Translations under genes and position numbers: made by a program | Shown: one piece after another, positions 16,628-25,041 of the stretch | How the letters are laid out: each line of letters starts with the position of its first letter | Position numbering within the stretch: position 1 is the first letter of the stretch | Notes under the pieces: generated by a model | Seen by the model: the letters and a program-made list of their open reading frames with translations, nothing else | The model's database searches: none | Told to the model about the DNA's origin: nothing | Virus record (IMG/VR): IMGVR_UViG_3300025018_000058 | Span: 1-38,428 of that record | Direction: 5' to 3' (one strand) | Length of the DNA: 38,428 nt | Source of the DNA: a virus | Lineage: Duplodnaviria > Caudoviricetes

Positions 16628-16947
16628 TTTCTTGTAATCATTATATCTGCAATATTGTTTACTGCATATACTGTTAATAATTTTTTATTTTTACTAAATA
16701 CAAAAATATATCCTTTGTATTTTTTAGCAAATACACCTGTTTCATTTTTTCTAACTTTATAATCAAAATATACAGAACTATTACCATACTCTAACGCACA
16801 CTCTGAAACCATTTTTAATAAACTTTGTGGGTGTATTCTTTGTTCTGCTCTTTTAATTGCGTGATTAGTAACAAGTCTTTTTCTTTTTGGTTCTTCTGTT
16901 TCAAAAACTTGATAACCGATTAGATTTAATAATTTTAATAATGTCAT
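16624..16947 (-). CDS. Hypothetical protein, possible DUF4258/RelE-like fold
   Basis: VTNHAIKRAEQR...YIFVF...LLTVY. Confidence 0.5.
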   Translation of the reverse strand: MTLLKLLNLIGYQVFETEEPKRKRLVTNHAIKRAEQRIHPQSLLKMVSECALEYGNSSVYFDYKVRKNETGVFAKKYKGYIFVFSKNKKLLTVYAVNNIADIMITRK

Positions 16948-16959
16948 ATATACTATAAA

Positions 16960-17190
16960 TTATTGATTCCAATATTTATCACTATTAATTTTATTTATAT
17001 TTTCTTCTGTTTCAGGGAAATGATATTCTTCTTCCTTATTAGTCATCATAAATAAATCCCAATCTTCCTCTCTCCATATTTTATGACATTCCATACAATA
17101 ATAATAACTATTATTTTTATCAAATTGTATATTACCCTCACACCCTATCTTATCACACACACCCATTTTTAATTTTTTATAGTCAGACAT
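16960..17190 (-). CDS. Zinc-ribbon hypothetical protein
   Basis: CDKIGC...CMEC. Confidence 0.55.
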   Translation of the reverse strand: MSDYKKLKMGVCDKIGCEGNIQFDKNNSYYYCMECHKIWREEDWDLFMMTNKEEEYHFPETEENINKINSDKYWNQ

Positions 17191-17191
17191 T

Positions 17192-17437
17192 TTATTTAAT
17201 ATTAATTAGTAATTTTCTTTTCTTAGCTTGTTTTAATAATGGACTTATATCACAATCATGGTCATTAAAATAATTTATTGTATTTTTTAAATGAAAATCT
17301 GTCATATCTTTTAATCTCCACTTTTTACCATTTTGGTCTTCGTGCCAACCACTAGCCCATTTTCGTTCTAACTCAGAAAAACTATCTTCTTCCCACCCCC
17401 ACATAACATCCATAATACTATCTGTCATATCACCCAT
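17192..17437 (-). CDS. Hypothetical phage protein
   Basis: W..QNG....LKDMTDFHLKN motif. Confidence 0.6.
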   Translation of the reverse strand: MGDMTDSIMDVMWGWEEDSFSELERKWASGWHEDQNGKKWRLKDMTDFHLKNTINYFNDHDCDISPLLKQAKKRKLLINIK

Positions 17438-17443
17438 ATATTT

Positions 17444-17935
17444 TTATTTCAAAAGTTCATTAATAATATTTAATCTCGACTGCAAACCTAACTTCTTACT
17501 ACAATTATACCAATTAGATAATGCACTATCTCTAAATATAATCTCACTTGCCAACTCTGCACTTTTTGCTTCTGAAAGAGCAATTTGTATAGCTTCCATT
17601 CCTGTTATATCTTTATTATAAAACTTCTTATAATAAAATTGAACTGTGGACTTTTTGAACTGATACAATCCAAAACTAGGTATTTGAACTTTCTTATTCT
17701 TTGGATGTGGGTCAAACGTTACTAGTCCATCACTTTCTTTAGCTCCTGCACTCTCACATTGTCTTAAATCACTCACTAGACTACCTTTAAGTTCATTAAC
17801 TTTTGCTGTTAGATTATCTAAGATAACTTGTTTCTCTATCTGTCTATATACTATCTCTCTATTAAAATAACTACCTCCATAATATGCACCGATAACCAAC
17901 ACCATAACTAAAAGAACTATTTTATATAATTTCAT
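17444..17935 (-). CDS. Membrane-anchored lysozyme/transglycosylase-like protein (likely start MKLYK at 17935)
   Basis: N-terminal TM, coiled coil, QCESAG, FGLYQF, NWYNCS. Confidence 0.6.
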   Translation of the reverse strand: MKLYKIVLLVMVLVIGAYYGGSYFNREIVYRQIEKQVILDNLTAKVNELKGSLVSDLRQCESAGAKESDGLVTFDPHPKNKKVQIPSFGLYQFKKSTVQFYYKKFYNKDITGMEAIQIALSEAKSAELASEIIFRDSALSNWYNCSKKLGLQSRLNIINELLK

Positions 17936-17940
17936 TTTAT

Positions 17941-18069
17941 TTACCATATTATAATTATTAATAATAGAACACATAAACCTAATACAATACCTAATAACCA
18001 ATCTTTAGCACTATCTTTCTCATTACCCTCTATCTCTTGAACAAATGTATCTTCATATTTATATTTCAT
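17941..18069 (-). CDS. 42-aa tail-anchored membrane peptide, not in ORF track
   Basis: MKYKYEDTFVQEIEGNEKDSAKDWLLGIVLGLCVLLLIIIIW. Confidence 0.55.
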   Translation of the reverse strand: MKYKYEDTFVQEIEGNEKDSAKDWLLGIVLGLCVLLLIIIIW

Positions 18070-18131
18070 TTTTCTATATGGCTTTTTAATAATGTGAGGA
18101 CTACTCACTTGTGCCACTAATTAATCTCTAT

Positions 18132-18292
18132 GTTAGTAAGCAGGTGGGGAATAGTTTAAATTGTAATGTTTATCTCTCTTGACCTCTATAGATAAAATGT
18201 TATCGTTTCAAACTAACTTTCTCCCTTCAACCTTTATGACCCACGAAGTTCATAAAGTGAATTCCGATTGTATCCCCCATCTACTTACTAAC
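18132..18292 (-). ncRNA. Structured intergenic RNA element C (~160 nt, multi-stem)
   Basis: 22-bp closing stem (19 Watson-Crick, 2 G-U, 1 mismatch) enclosing CTTTATGA/TCATAAAG and TAGTTTGAA..TTTATCT/AGATAAA..TTTAAACTA. Confidence 0.65.
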
Positions 18293-18482
18293 CTATATCA
18301 TTATATTCACCTATATAACTTATAAAATCTTTAATTCTATAAATCCTACCTTTAAACCAGTATTGTATTTTTTCTAACACCGACCTTTTGATTGGTTTAC
18401 TAACTGCACAAATTCTCTCTGCTACCAACTTATTTAATAATACTTCACTTCTCATCATCATTTGTTCTCTATATTTATTCAT
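18288..18482 (-). CDS. Hypothetical protein, first gene of the leftward arm
   Basis: Starts 6 nt after a promoter -10. Confidence 0.6.
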   Translation of the reverse strand: MNKYREQMMMRSEVLLNKLVAERICAVSKPIKRSVLEKIQYWFKGRIYRIKDFISYIGEYNDIG

Positions 18483-18488
18483 AATTAA

Positions 18489-18517
18489 ATGCTAGCATAC
18501 TTCTTAAAACAATGCAA
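18489..18517 (-). promoter_or_regulatory. Leaderless sigma70-type promoter
   Basis: TTGCAT-N17-TAGCAT with TGn. Confidence 0.55.
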
Positions 18518-19209
18518 GTGTATAAAACGTTACAACACATTTGCCCTATCAATGTCAAATCCACAGATATACAATTATAAGATAAATTATATCATAAAAA
18601 TATACTTATATTATAACGCTTATATTCTGTATTCTGTTTGGCAATACTTATGGTGTTATGTCAATAGGTAATTATTTATTATATTATATATTTATTAATT
18701 ATATTTTAAATGCAAGTTATTCGCATATAGTAAATATGTATATTCTATATAGTTTACTTGTATTGTTATGTATTAAAAATGTATGTATAAATGATAAATA
18801 GTATCAATAACTAGCATCCCCCTCTCTGTATCCCCCCAGACAAATAGACCACGAACAAAACCAAACAAGGACAAATAAACACAAAGGGGTGTGCCTATAT
18901 ATATACACGCCCACAAATTACAACACACAATATCATTATGTCAATGACACATATGTTTTGTTATGTCAAATAGGTGACGGAGAGAGGGGAACGATTTTAT
19001 TTATGAGGCGGTGATAGGGCTAAAATACCACTACAACATTTCCATAAATAAATGTATTACACGCAATAATAAAGTAACTATATAATGTGATACACGCACA
19101 TAAAAAGAAAACCAAAATTTTTAGTTTTGGTGTAAGTAGATATTTAAGTATTTTTTGAGTATCTAAGCGTCTAGTGTGTAGATTAAGTATAGATATATAG
19201 TTAAGGTAT

Positions 19210-19485
19210 ATCGTGCTTCCTTTTAGGTAGAGAGAAGCAATAGCCTATGGTGTGGCTATGAAACATATTACTCTTTACTCTGTTTTCTCTCAGAGAGTAA
19301 CTTATAATTCTATCTGTTCACATATCTCAAGACGTACAACAGTGTCAGTCAATATCACAATTATAAATTAGTGTTGAATGATATTGATAATGCTTCCCCC
19401 TAGTATAGAGTCGAAACAACGTGATAATTTAAGTTGGCTTCCAAATGAAGGCTTATCACTTCGCCCACCTTTCACTCAGGTCTAT
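19210..19485 (-). ncRNA. Candidate promoter-driven structured non-coding RNA
   Basis: No long ORF after a strong promoter; consecutive stems GTGATAA/TTATCAC, TCAATATCA/TGATATTGA, TTACTCT/AGAGTAA, ATAGCC/GGCTAT, GCTTC/GAAGC. Confidence 0.45.
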
Positions 19486-19514
19486 AGTATATCATATTTA
19501 AAAACATTTGTCAA
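19486..19514 (-). promoter_or_regulatory. Leftward sigma70 promoter
   Basis: TTGACA-N17-TATACT with TGn. Confidence 0.75.
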
Positions 19515-19545
19515 GGGATAACTATGTGGATAAACCTGTTAATAA
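19513..19545. promoter_or_regulatory. DnaA box plus two degenerate boxes at 12-bp spacing between the divergent promoters
   Basis: AAGGGATAA (19513), TGTGGATAA (19525), TGTTAATAA (19537). Confidence 0.5.
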
Positions 19546-19573
19546 CTATTATTCTAAATTACATACAAAACAC

Positions 19574-19602
19574 TTGACAAATAATACATATTATGCTATA
19601 AT
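19574..19602 (+). promoter_or_regulatory. Rightward sigma70 consensus promoter, leaderless
   Basis: TTGACA-N17-TATAAT with TGn; 6 nt to ATG 19609. Confidence 0.8.
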
Positions 19603-19608
19603 GTATTT

Positions 19609-19884
19609 ATGATTACAAAAACAAAGAAGATTAAAGAGGAAGGTGTTATCGATGGATATGAGATAGGCAACCTAAAGATGGTTGTACAGGGTGTTCCAGA
19701 TGGTAAAACAGGTCGTATTATTAAAGGTGTATTCTGTACACTTAATGTTAAGAAGGATGATAAAAAGGAAAGTATAAACTTTGTATTCTCACTTAATAGT
19801 GTTCCTGATTTTAAGAAGCATATTATAAGTTTAACAAATGAGGCAATTAAACTTAAAATAAAAGGAAATAATGTAAAGAAATAA
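19609..19884 (+). CDS. Hypothetical protein
   Basis: First ORF after the promoter. Confidence 0.65.
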   Translation: MITKTKKIKEEGVIDGYEIGNLKMVVQGVPDGKTGRIIKGVFCTLNVKKDDKKESINFVFSLNSVPDFKKHIISLTNEAIKLKIKGNNVKK

Positions 19885-19885
19885 T

Positions 19886-20587
19886 ATGAGTAAAAAACCT
19901 TTAATACAAATAGATAAAGGAACTCTATTACCTGAAGACCTTGAAAATACAAAAACTATAACACTAGATGATGGTTCTATTGAAACTGTATATATCTCTA
20001 GGGCAGGTAATATAGTAACTCCACCAGCAGAAAGGAGAAATATAGATACCAATAGACAACAGTTATGTTGGGATTTGTATATTAAGAGTTTAAGAGATGG
20101 TAATCCTAGCGCTACACAAGCAGCTAGAGATGCTGGATTTGCTCCTAATTCTGCTCTTAATGTAACAAATCAACATTGGTTTAGAGAAAGAAAAAAGAAA
20201 CTAAAAAGAGCATCTATTGGAGGTAAGGCAGAACGTAATCTAAGTAGAGGATTAGATGTTCAATGGTCTAAGATGAAACTACTAGAAGATGGTAATAAGG
20301 AGGAAGTTATTGACAAGGATTTATTTAGAACTGTAATGGATGTATCTAAATATATTTCTTCTACCTTACTTAAAGATGAGGGATATTCTACTAAGACAGA
20401 GGTTACGGGTAAAATGGATAGTGAAATTAAGATTAATAGTATTAGTTATGCAGACCCTATAGAGATAGAAAATAAAATAGTAGATGATACCATTAAACAA
20501 ATAGAAGATGTTATTATTAAAGAGGTAACAACAGAGAATAAAGATTCTGAATTATGGTCAGATGAAATTGACCCTGTAAATGGATAA
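19886..20587 (+). CDS. terS: Terminase small subunit
   Basis: SATQAARDAGF HTH motif, GYSTKTE tail, position before TerL. Confidence 0.7.
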   Translation: MSKKPLIQIDKGTLLPEDLENTKTITLDDGSIETVYISRAGNIVTPPAERRNIDTNRQQLCWDLYIKSLRDGNPSATQAARDAGFAPNSALNVTNQHWFRERKKKLKRASIGGKAERNLSRGLDVQWSKMKLLEDGNKEEVIDKDLFRTVMDVSKYISSTLLKDEGYSTKTEVTGKMDSEIKINSISYADPIEIENKIVDDTIKQIEDVIIKEVTTENKDSELWSDEIDPVNG

Positions 20588-20588
20588 T

Positions 20589-20756
20589 ATGGAAATAAAA
20601 GAAATAAAAATAGATGAAACAGATGGACATAAAATTATGGTTCTTTTTATTGGAGATAGATATTTAACTTTCTGTATAGATAATCTTGATATTGATGGAT
20701 TGATTGTTGAATTGTCAAATGCTCAAGAAACATTAAAAGATTTACTAAATATATAA
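20589..20756 (+). CDS. 55-aa hypothetical protein, not in ORF track
   Basis: MEIKEIKIDETDGH...DLLNI; TAATG-coupled to terL. Confidence 0.55.
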   Translation: MEIKEIKIDETDGHKIMVLFIGDRYLTFCIDNLDIDGLIVELSNAQETLKDLLNI

Positions 20757-22042
20757 TGGAGATAACATTACCATACTCCTTTCAACCTCGCCCATACCAA
20801 GTGCCGATACTTAAAGCATGGGATTCAGGCGTTGATAGGTTATATTGGGTAGCTCATAGACGTAGTGGAAAAGATAAAACTATATTTGCTAACCTACCAA
20901 AGAAAATGATGGAACGTAAAGGTACTTACTATTATTTTCTACCTACTTACTCACAAGCAAAGAAGGTTATTTGGACTGGAGCAGATAAAAGTGGTTTTAA
21001 ATTTCTAGACCATTTTCCTAAAGAAATAGTAAAAACTATAAACCAATCAGATATGATTATAGAACTTATTAATGGTTCTATACTTCAGATGGTTGGAGCA
21101 GATAACATTGACCGTATTGTTGGAACAAATCCTATTGGAGTTGTATTTTCAGAGTACTCTCTTATGAAACCTGATGTATGGAATTTTATTTCTCCTATTC
21201 TTAGGGAGAACGGAGGTTGGGCTATATTCATTATGACACCTAGAGGAATTAATCACGCTTGGGATTTAATGAAAACAATAGAACACGACTCAAAATGGTT
21301 CTGTCAGACACTAACTGTTGATGATACTAAAGCACTTACATCGGAACAACTAGAAGATGCTCGTAAAGAGATGCCATCTGACCTATTTCAACAAGAATAT
21401 TACTGTAAATTCCTTGATAATGGACTTGGATTCTTTAAGAGAATAGACGAAAACACATATAAAACAGAAGAATATACACCAAAAGAGTTGGCATTATATC
21501 AATTAGGGGTAGATTTGGCTAAATATAATGACTTTACAGTAATTTCACCATTTAACCTTAATGATTTTCACTTACAGAAGCAAGATTCATTTAATCAGAT
21601 GGATTATAACCTACAAAAGGCTAGAATTGAGAACGCATACCTAAGATATAACAAAGGAATGATAGTAATTGACTCTACTGGAGTAGGTGAACCTGTATTT
21701 GATGACCTTTATTCAAGAGGAATGAACATTACACCATTTAGATTTAATAGAGCAAGTAGAACAGACCTATTAAAGAATTTACAAATACTATTAGAACAAG
21801 ATAAAATAAAGATACCTGATGATGAAGTTCTTATTACAGAACTTAAATCAATGACATATAATCTAAATGATAATGGAACTACTTCTATACAAGTTCCTGA
21901 TGGAAAACACGATGATAGAATAATGAGTTTAGCATTAGCAGTATGGCAAATTCCTCAACAACCTATACATATCAATAGTTATACTAGAAGTGTTCAAACT
22001 GGAGGTATTGAAAGTTTCTACCCAGAAATGGGAACTAATTAG
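20756..22042 (+). CDS. terL: Terminase large subunit
   Basis: RPYQ, HRRSGKD, VVFSEY, TPRG, QEY, GVDLA, IDSTGVG, HDD motifs. Confidence 0.92.
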   Translation: MEITLPYSFQPRPYQVPILKAWDSGVDRLYWVAHRRSGKDKTIFANLPKKMMERKGTYYYFLPTYSQAKKVIWTGADKSGFKFLDHFPKEIVKTINQSDMIIELINGSILQMVGADNIDRIVGTNPIGVVFSEYSLMKPDVWNFISPILRENGGWAIFIMTPRGINHAWDLMKTIEHDSKWFCQTLTVDDTKALTSEQLEDARKEMPSDLFQQEYYCKFLDNGLGFFKRIDENTYKTEEYTPKELALYQLGVDLAKYNDFTVISPFNLNDFHLQKQDSFNQMDYNLQKARIENAYLRYNKGMIVIDSTGVGEPVFDDLYSRGMNITPFRFNRASRTDLLKNLQILLEQDKIKIPDDEVLITELKSMTYNLNDNGTTSIQVPDGKHDDRIMSLALAVWQIPQQPIHINSYTRSVQTGGIESFYPEMGTN

Positions 22043-22057
22043 AATTGTGTAAAATAC

Positions 22058-22086
22058 TTGACAAACTATTTAAAGTATGCTATAAT
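22058..22086 (+). promoter_or_regulatory. sigma70 consensus promoter for the head genes
   Basis: TTGACA-N17-TATAAT with TGn. Confidence 0.8.
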
Positions 22087-22114
22087 AAGAAAGTAAAAAC
22101 TAATTTATATATAA

Positions 22115-23806
22115 ATGGATAATACTCAAATAATAATAGAGCATATTAGAGATAAAGATGCATCTATTAAGTTTAAAGAAAGACGTTTTGCTCAATGGAA
22201 TGAGTCATATAGTCTTTACCGTGATAAAGTAAATACAAATAGATTAACACAGCGACAGCCTGTGAATATTCCTATTATTAGAGAAACAATTCAGACTTGG
22301 ATTTCTAAGATAGATGAAGCTCCTAAATTAAAGTTTGAAACTCGTGACAAAAGTAATAAAGATAAAGATGCAGAAATTGTAATGAATGAATTATATTCAT
22401 ATCATTATGATAAACTTAAATTAGATATTCTTGATAATGCAGAAAAGAAAATTGTTGGATTACAAGGTAGAGGTTTTAAGAAAATAGGAATTAGTAAAGG
22501 TGAAATATTTATTGACCTTATTGACCCTTATGATATTGAAATAGACCCAAGAGTTAATCCAATAGATATTGAAACAGCAAACTATGTTATCCATACTCAC
22601 ATATATCGTTCCTTGCGTGAAATACTTGCGAATAAGAATTATACAGAAGAAGGCAAAGCACAACTAAAACAATTTTTAGATACAAAAAGAGGAATACTTA
22701 AAGCAACAGAAGATGAACAATCTTATCAACTTAGAAAAGAAAGATTAGAAAATCTAGGAGTTACTAACTTTGATGACTATGGTGCTACAGATGTAATTGT
22801 AGAATTAAATGAAAGTTATAAATTAGTATGGAGTGAGGAAGCAAATTCTTTTGTTCGTCATATCAGAACTATTGCAACAGATTCAGTTGTTCTTTCAGAT
22901 AAACCACTCAAAGAAGCAATAGGAATTAGAAATTTACCTATTGTTACTTGGGCATCAGACCCAGACGCAGTAGACTTCTGGTCAGATGGTATAGCAGACA
23001 ATGTTCGTCAAATAAATAAAGTTGTTAATATGTATTTCTCACAAGACTTAGAGAATAGAACATATCGTAACTTTGGAATGTATTTCTTTAATACAATGAA
23101 TGGAACATTCCAACCTAGAGCATTTGAACCAAAGCCATTCGGTATGTATGGACTTCCAGGAAATCCAGCAGAAATAATGAAACAGGTTGAAATTAACCCA
23201 CTTGGAGATGTAACGAATAATATTGCATACCTAAAGGATATGATTCAATCATCAGTAGCACAGACTGCTATTGAAAGAGGTGAGAAACAACCAGGAGAAC
23301 AAACATTAGGACAAGTTCAATTATCACTACAAAATTCACAAGGAAGAAATAGTGTTGTATCAAAGAATTACCGTAGAGCTTGGAAAGAATTAGGAAAACT
23401 TTATTATGACTTATTGAAAAACAATAACATAATATCAGTAACCCTATTCAAGAAAGGTGAAGATGATAATTATCAATCAAAGAATGTATTTAGTACAGAT
23501 TACATAACACCACAAGGATATGAAGTTAAAGTTGAGGTTGAGGCAGAAGCAAATATGGCAGATGACTTTGATTTAAAGAAGATTGCTTATATTAAAAATT
23601 CTTTTGCCAATAATCCTAAGGCATTAATGGCTGCTAAACAAAAAGAACTTGAGGTTGTAAATCTATTTAATGAAGAAGAAATTAAATCTATTATGGCATT
23701 AGAAAATCCACAGCAACCATTAAATGTTCCACAAGAAGCTCCATCTAAAGTAAATAATCCACAGGATTCGATTAAAAATACTAATGCTCTACCAGAGAAT
23801 ATATAA
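22115..23806 (+). CDS. Portal protein (P22-like)
   Basis: 563 aa after TerL; IDPYDIEIDP and FWSDGIAD motifs. Confidence 0.8.
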   Translation: MDNTQIIIEHIRDKDASIKFKERRFAQWNESYSLYRDKVNTNRLTQRQPVNIPIIRETIQTWISKIDEAPKLKFETRDKSNKDKDAEIVMNELYSYHYDKLKLDILDNAEKKIVGLQGRGFKKIGISKGEIFIDLIDPYDIEIDPRVNPIDIETANYVIHTHIYRSLREILANKNYTEEGKAQLKQFLDTKRGILKATEDEQSYQLRKERLENLGVTNFDDYGATDVIVELNESYKLVWSEEANSFVRHIRTIATDSVVLSDKPLKEAIGIRNLPIVTWASDPDAVDFWSDGIADNVRQINKVVNMYFSQDLENRTYRNFGMYFFNTMNGTFQPRAFEPKPFGMYGLPGNPAEIMKQVEINPLGDVTNNIAYLKDMIQSSVAQTAIERGEKQPGEQTLGQVQLSLQNSQGRNSVVSKNYRRAWKELGKLYYDLLKNNNIISVTLFKKGEDDNYQSKNVFSTDYITPQGYEVKVEVEAEANMADDFDLKKIAYIKNSFANNPKALMAAKQKELEVVNLFNEEEIKSIMALENPQQPLNVPQEAPSKVNNPQDSIKNTNALPENI

Positions 23807-23808
23807 TT

Positions 23809-24123
23809 ATGTTACAAAAATATCTTAAAAAACTTGGAATAAATTCTTATCAAGACCTCAATGAAGAAGAAAAGGATAGTTATAAAGAATGGGAACAAGC
23901 AATAAGTGGTAGAAAACTTACAGATAAAGATGTTGTTAATTGGTTAGAAGAAGAATTATCACAATCAGTTTCACGATTAACAGAAATCAATTTAAGTAAA
24001 GATGATGAGATATTTAGGAAAGTAGAAGTTAGATTTATTAAGAAAATACTTAATTTCTTAAATAGTCCAATGTTAGAAAAACAGTTCGCAGAGAAATCAA
24101 TAGAACAGTTACTTAAAAAATAA
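23809..24123 (+). CDS. Hypothetical helical protein between portal and scaffold
   Basis: ORF and synteny. Confidence 0.65.
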   Translation: MLQKYLKKLGINSYQDLNEEEKDSYKEWEQAISGRKLTDKDVVNWLEEELSQSVSRLTEINLSKDDEIFRKVEVRFIKKILNFLNSPMLEKQFAEKSIEQLLKK

Positions 24124-24228
24124 ATAAATGGTTAGTCTACCATTCAAAAGGACATTAAAAATTAATATGCCAAACTCCTTTATGGAAACATGAACTTTAG
24201 TTCATTCCGAAGGAACGGCACAAACATT

Positions 24229-24987
24229 ATGGAAAACAATGCAAACTCTAACGAGTTACCTATTGTAGACGCTAACGCTAACCTACAAGAAGCAAGTCAA
24301 GGAACGCAGGAGAATGATAACTCCACAAACGAAACTATTGAGAATGTCGCTCAAACAGTTGATTACCAAAAAAAGTTTAGCGAAAGTTCAAGTGAAGCAT
24401 TACGTCTTTACGAAGAGAATAAAAAACTCAGAGAACAAATCGAGCTAAAAGACAAAGTGAATGAACAACCTGTTCAAGCACAAAACACAAATGATTTATT
24501 ATCGGGATTTGAGGATTATGATGAAGATACTCAAAAACAAATAATTGCTTATACAAATACTGTTACTAAGCGTGCACTGGATGAAATAAACAAAAATCCA
24601 GCAATAGCATTTGCTACAAAACAATACAATGAGCAAGTATGGGATTCAGCACTTCAAAAGACAATTCAAGAATATCCTGAATTAGCATCAAAGAAAGATG
24701 AATTTAAAAGTAAATACTATGATGTGAATAATGTTCCATCGAACATAGATTCTATATTAAAAGATGTTGCTAAAATTTATCTCTTTGACCAAGCTAAAGA
24801 AATTGGTGCAAAAGAACAATCAGAAAGACAAAATCGTATTGAAATAGAACGAACAACGGCAGGAAGTAAAGACCCTACAGTAAGACGTTCATTAGATGAC
24901 TGGAATCGTATGGCACAAGAAAACCCATCACAATTCCGTAGTTTATCTAAAGAATTTAATGATGATTTAAAATCTGGTAAGATATAG
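24229..24987 (+). CDS. Capsid scaffolding protein (likely start MENNAN at 24229)
   Basis: Acidic disordered N-terminus, coiled coils, directly before the capsid gene; ATG 24190 is buried in a hairpin. Confidence 0.65.
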   Translation: MENNANSNELPIVDANANLQEASQGTQENDNSTNETIENVAQTVDYQKKFSESSSEALRLYEENKKLREQIELKDKVNEQPVQAQNTNDLLSGFEDYDEDTQKQIIAYTNTVTKRALDEINKNPAIAFATKQYNEQVWDSALQKTIQEYPELASKKDEFKSKYYDVNNVPSNIDSILKDVAKIYLFDQAKEIGAKEQSERQNRIEIERTTAGSKDPTVRRSLDDWNRMAQENPSQFRSLSKEFNDDLKSGKI

Positions 24988-25041
24988 CACTAAAATATAA
25001 TTATTTGTGTCATTAATAGTATTAAAATTTAATTTAAAAAA

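Noticed and set aside
19455-19480. Hammerhead ribozyme (CTGAGTGA...CGAAG on the minus strand)
   Set aside because: The core deviates from CUGANGA/GAAA and stem II cannot be formed convincingly.
21136-21160. Inactive terminase because Walker B reads VVFSE
   Set aside because: The catalytic Glu and all other motifs are intact, so it is probably a family variant.
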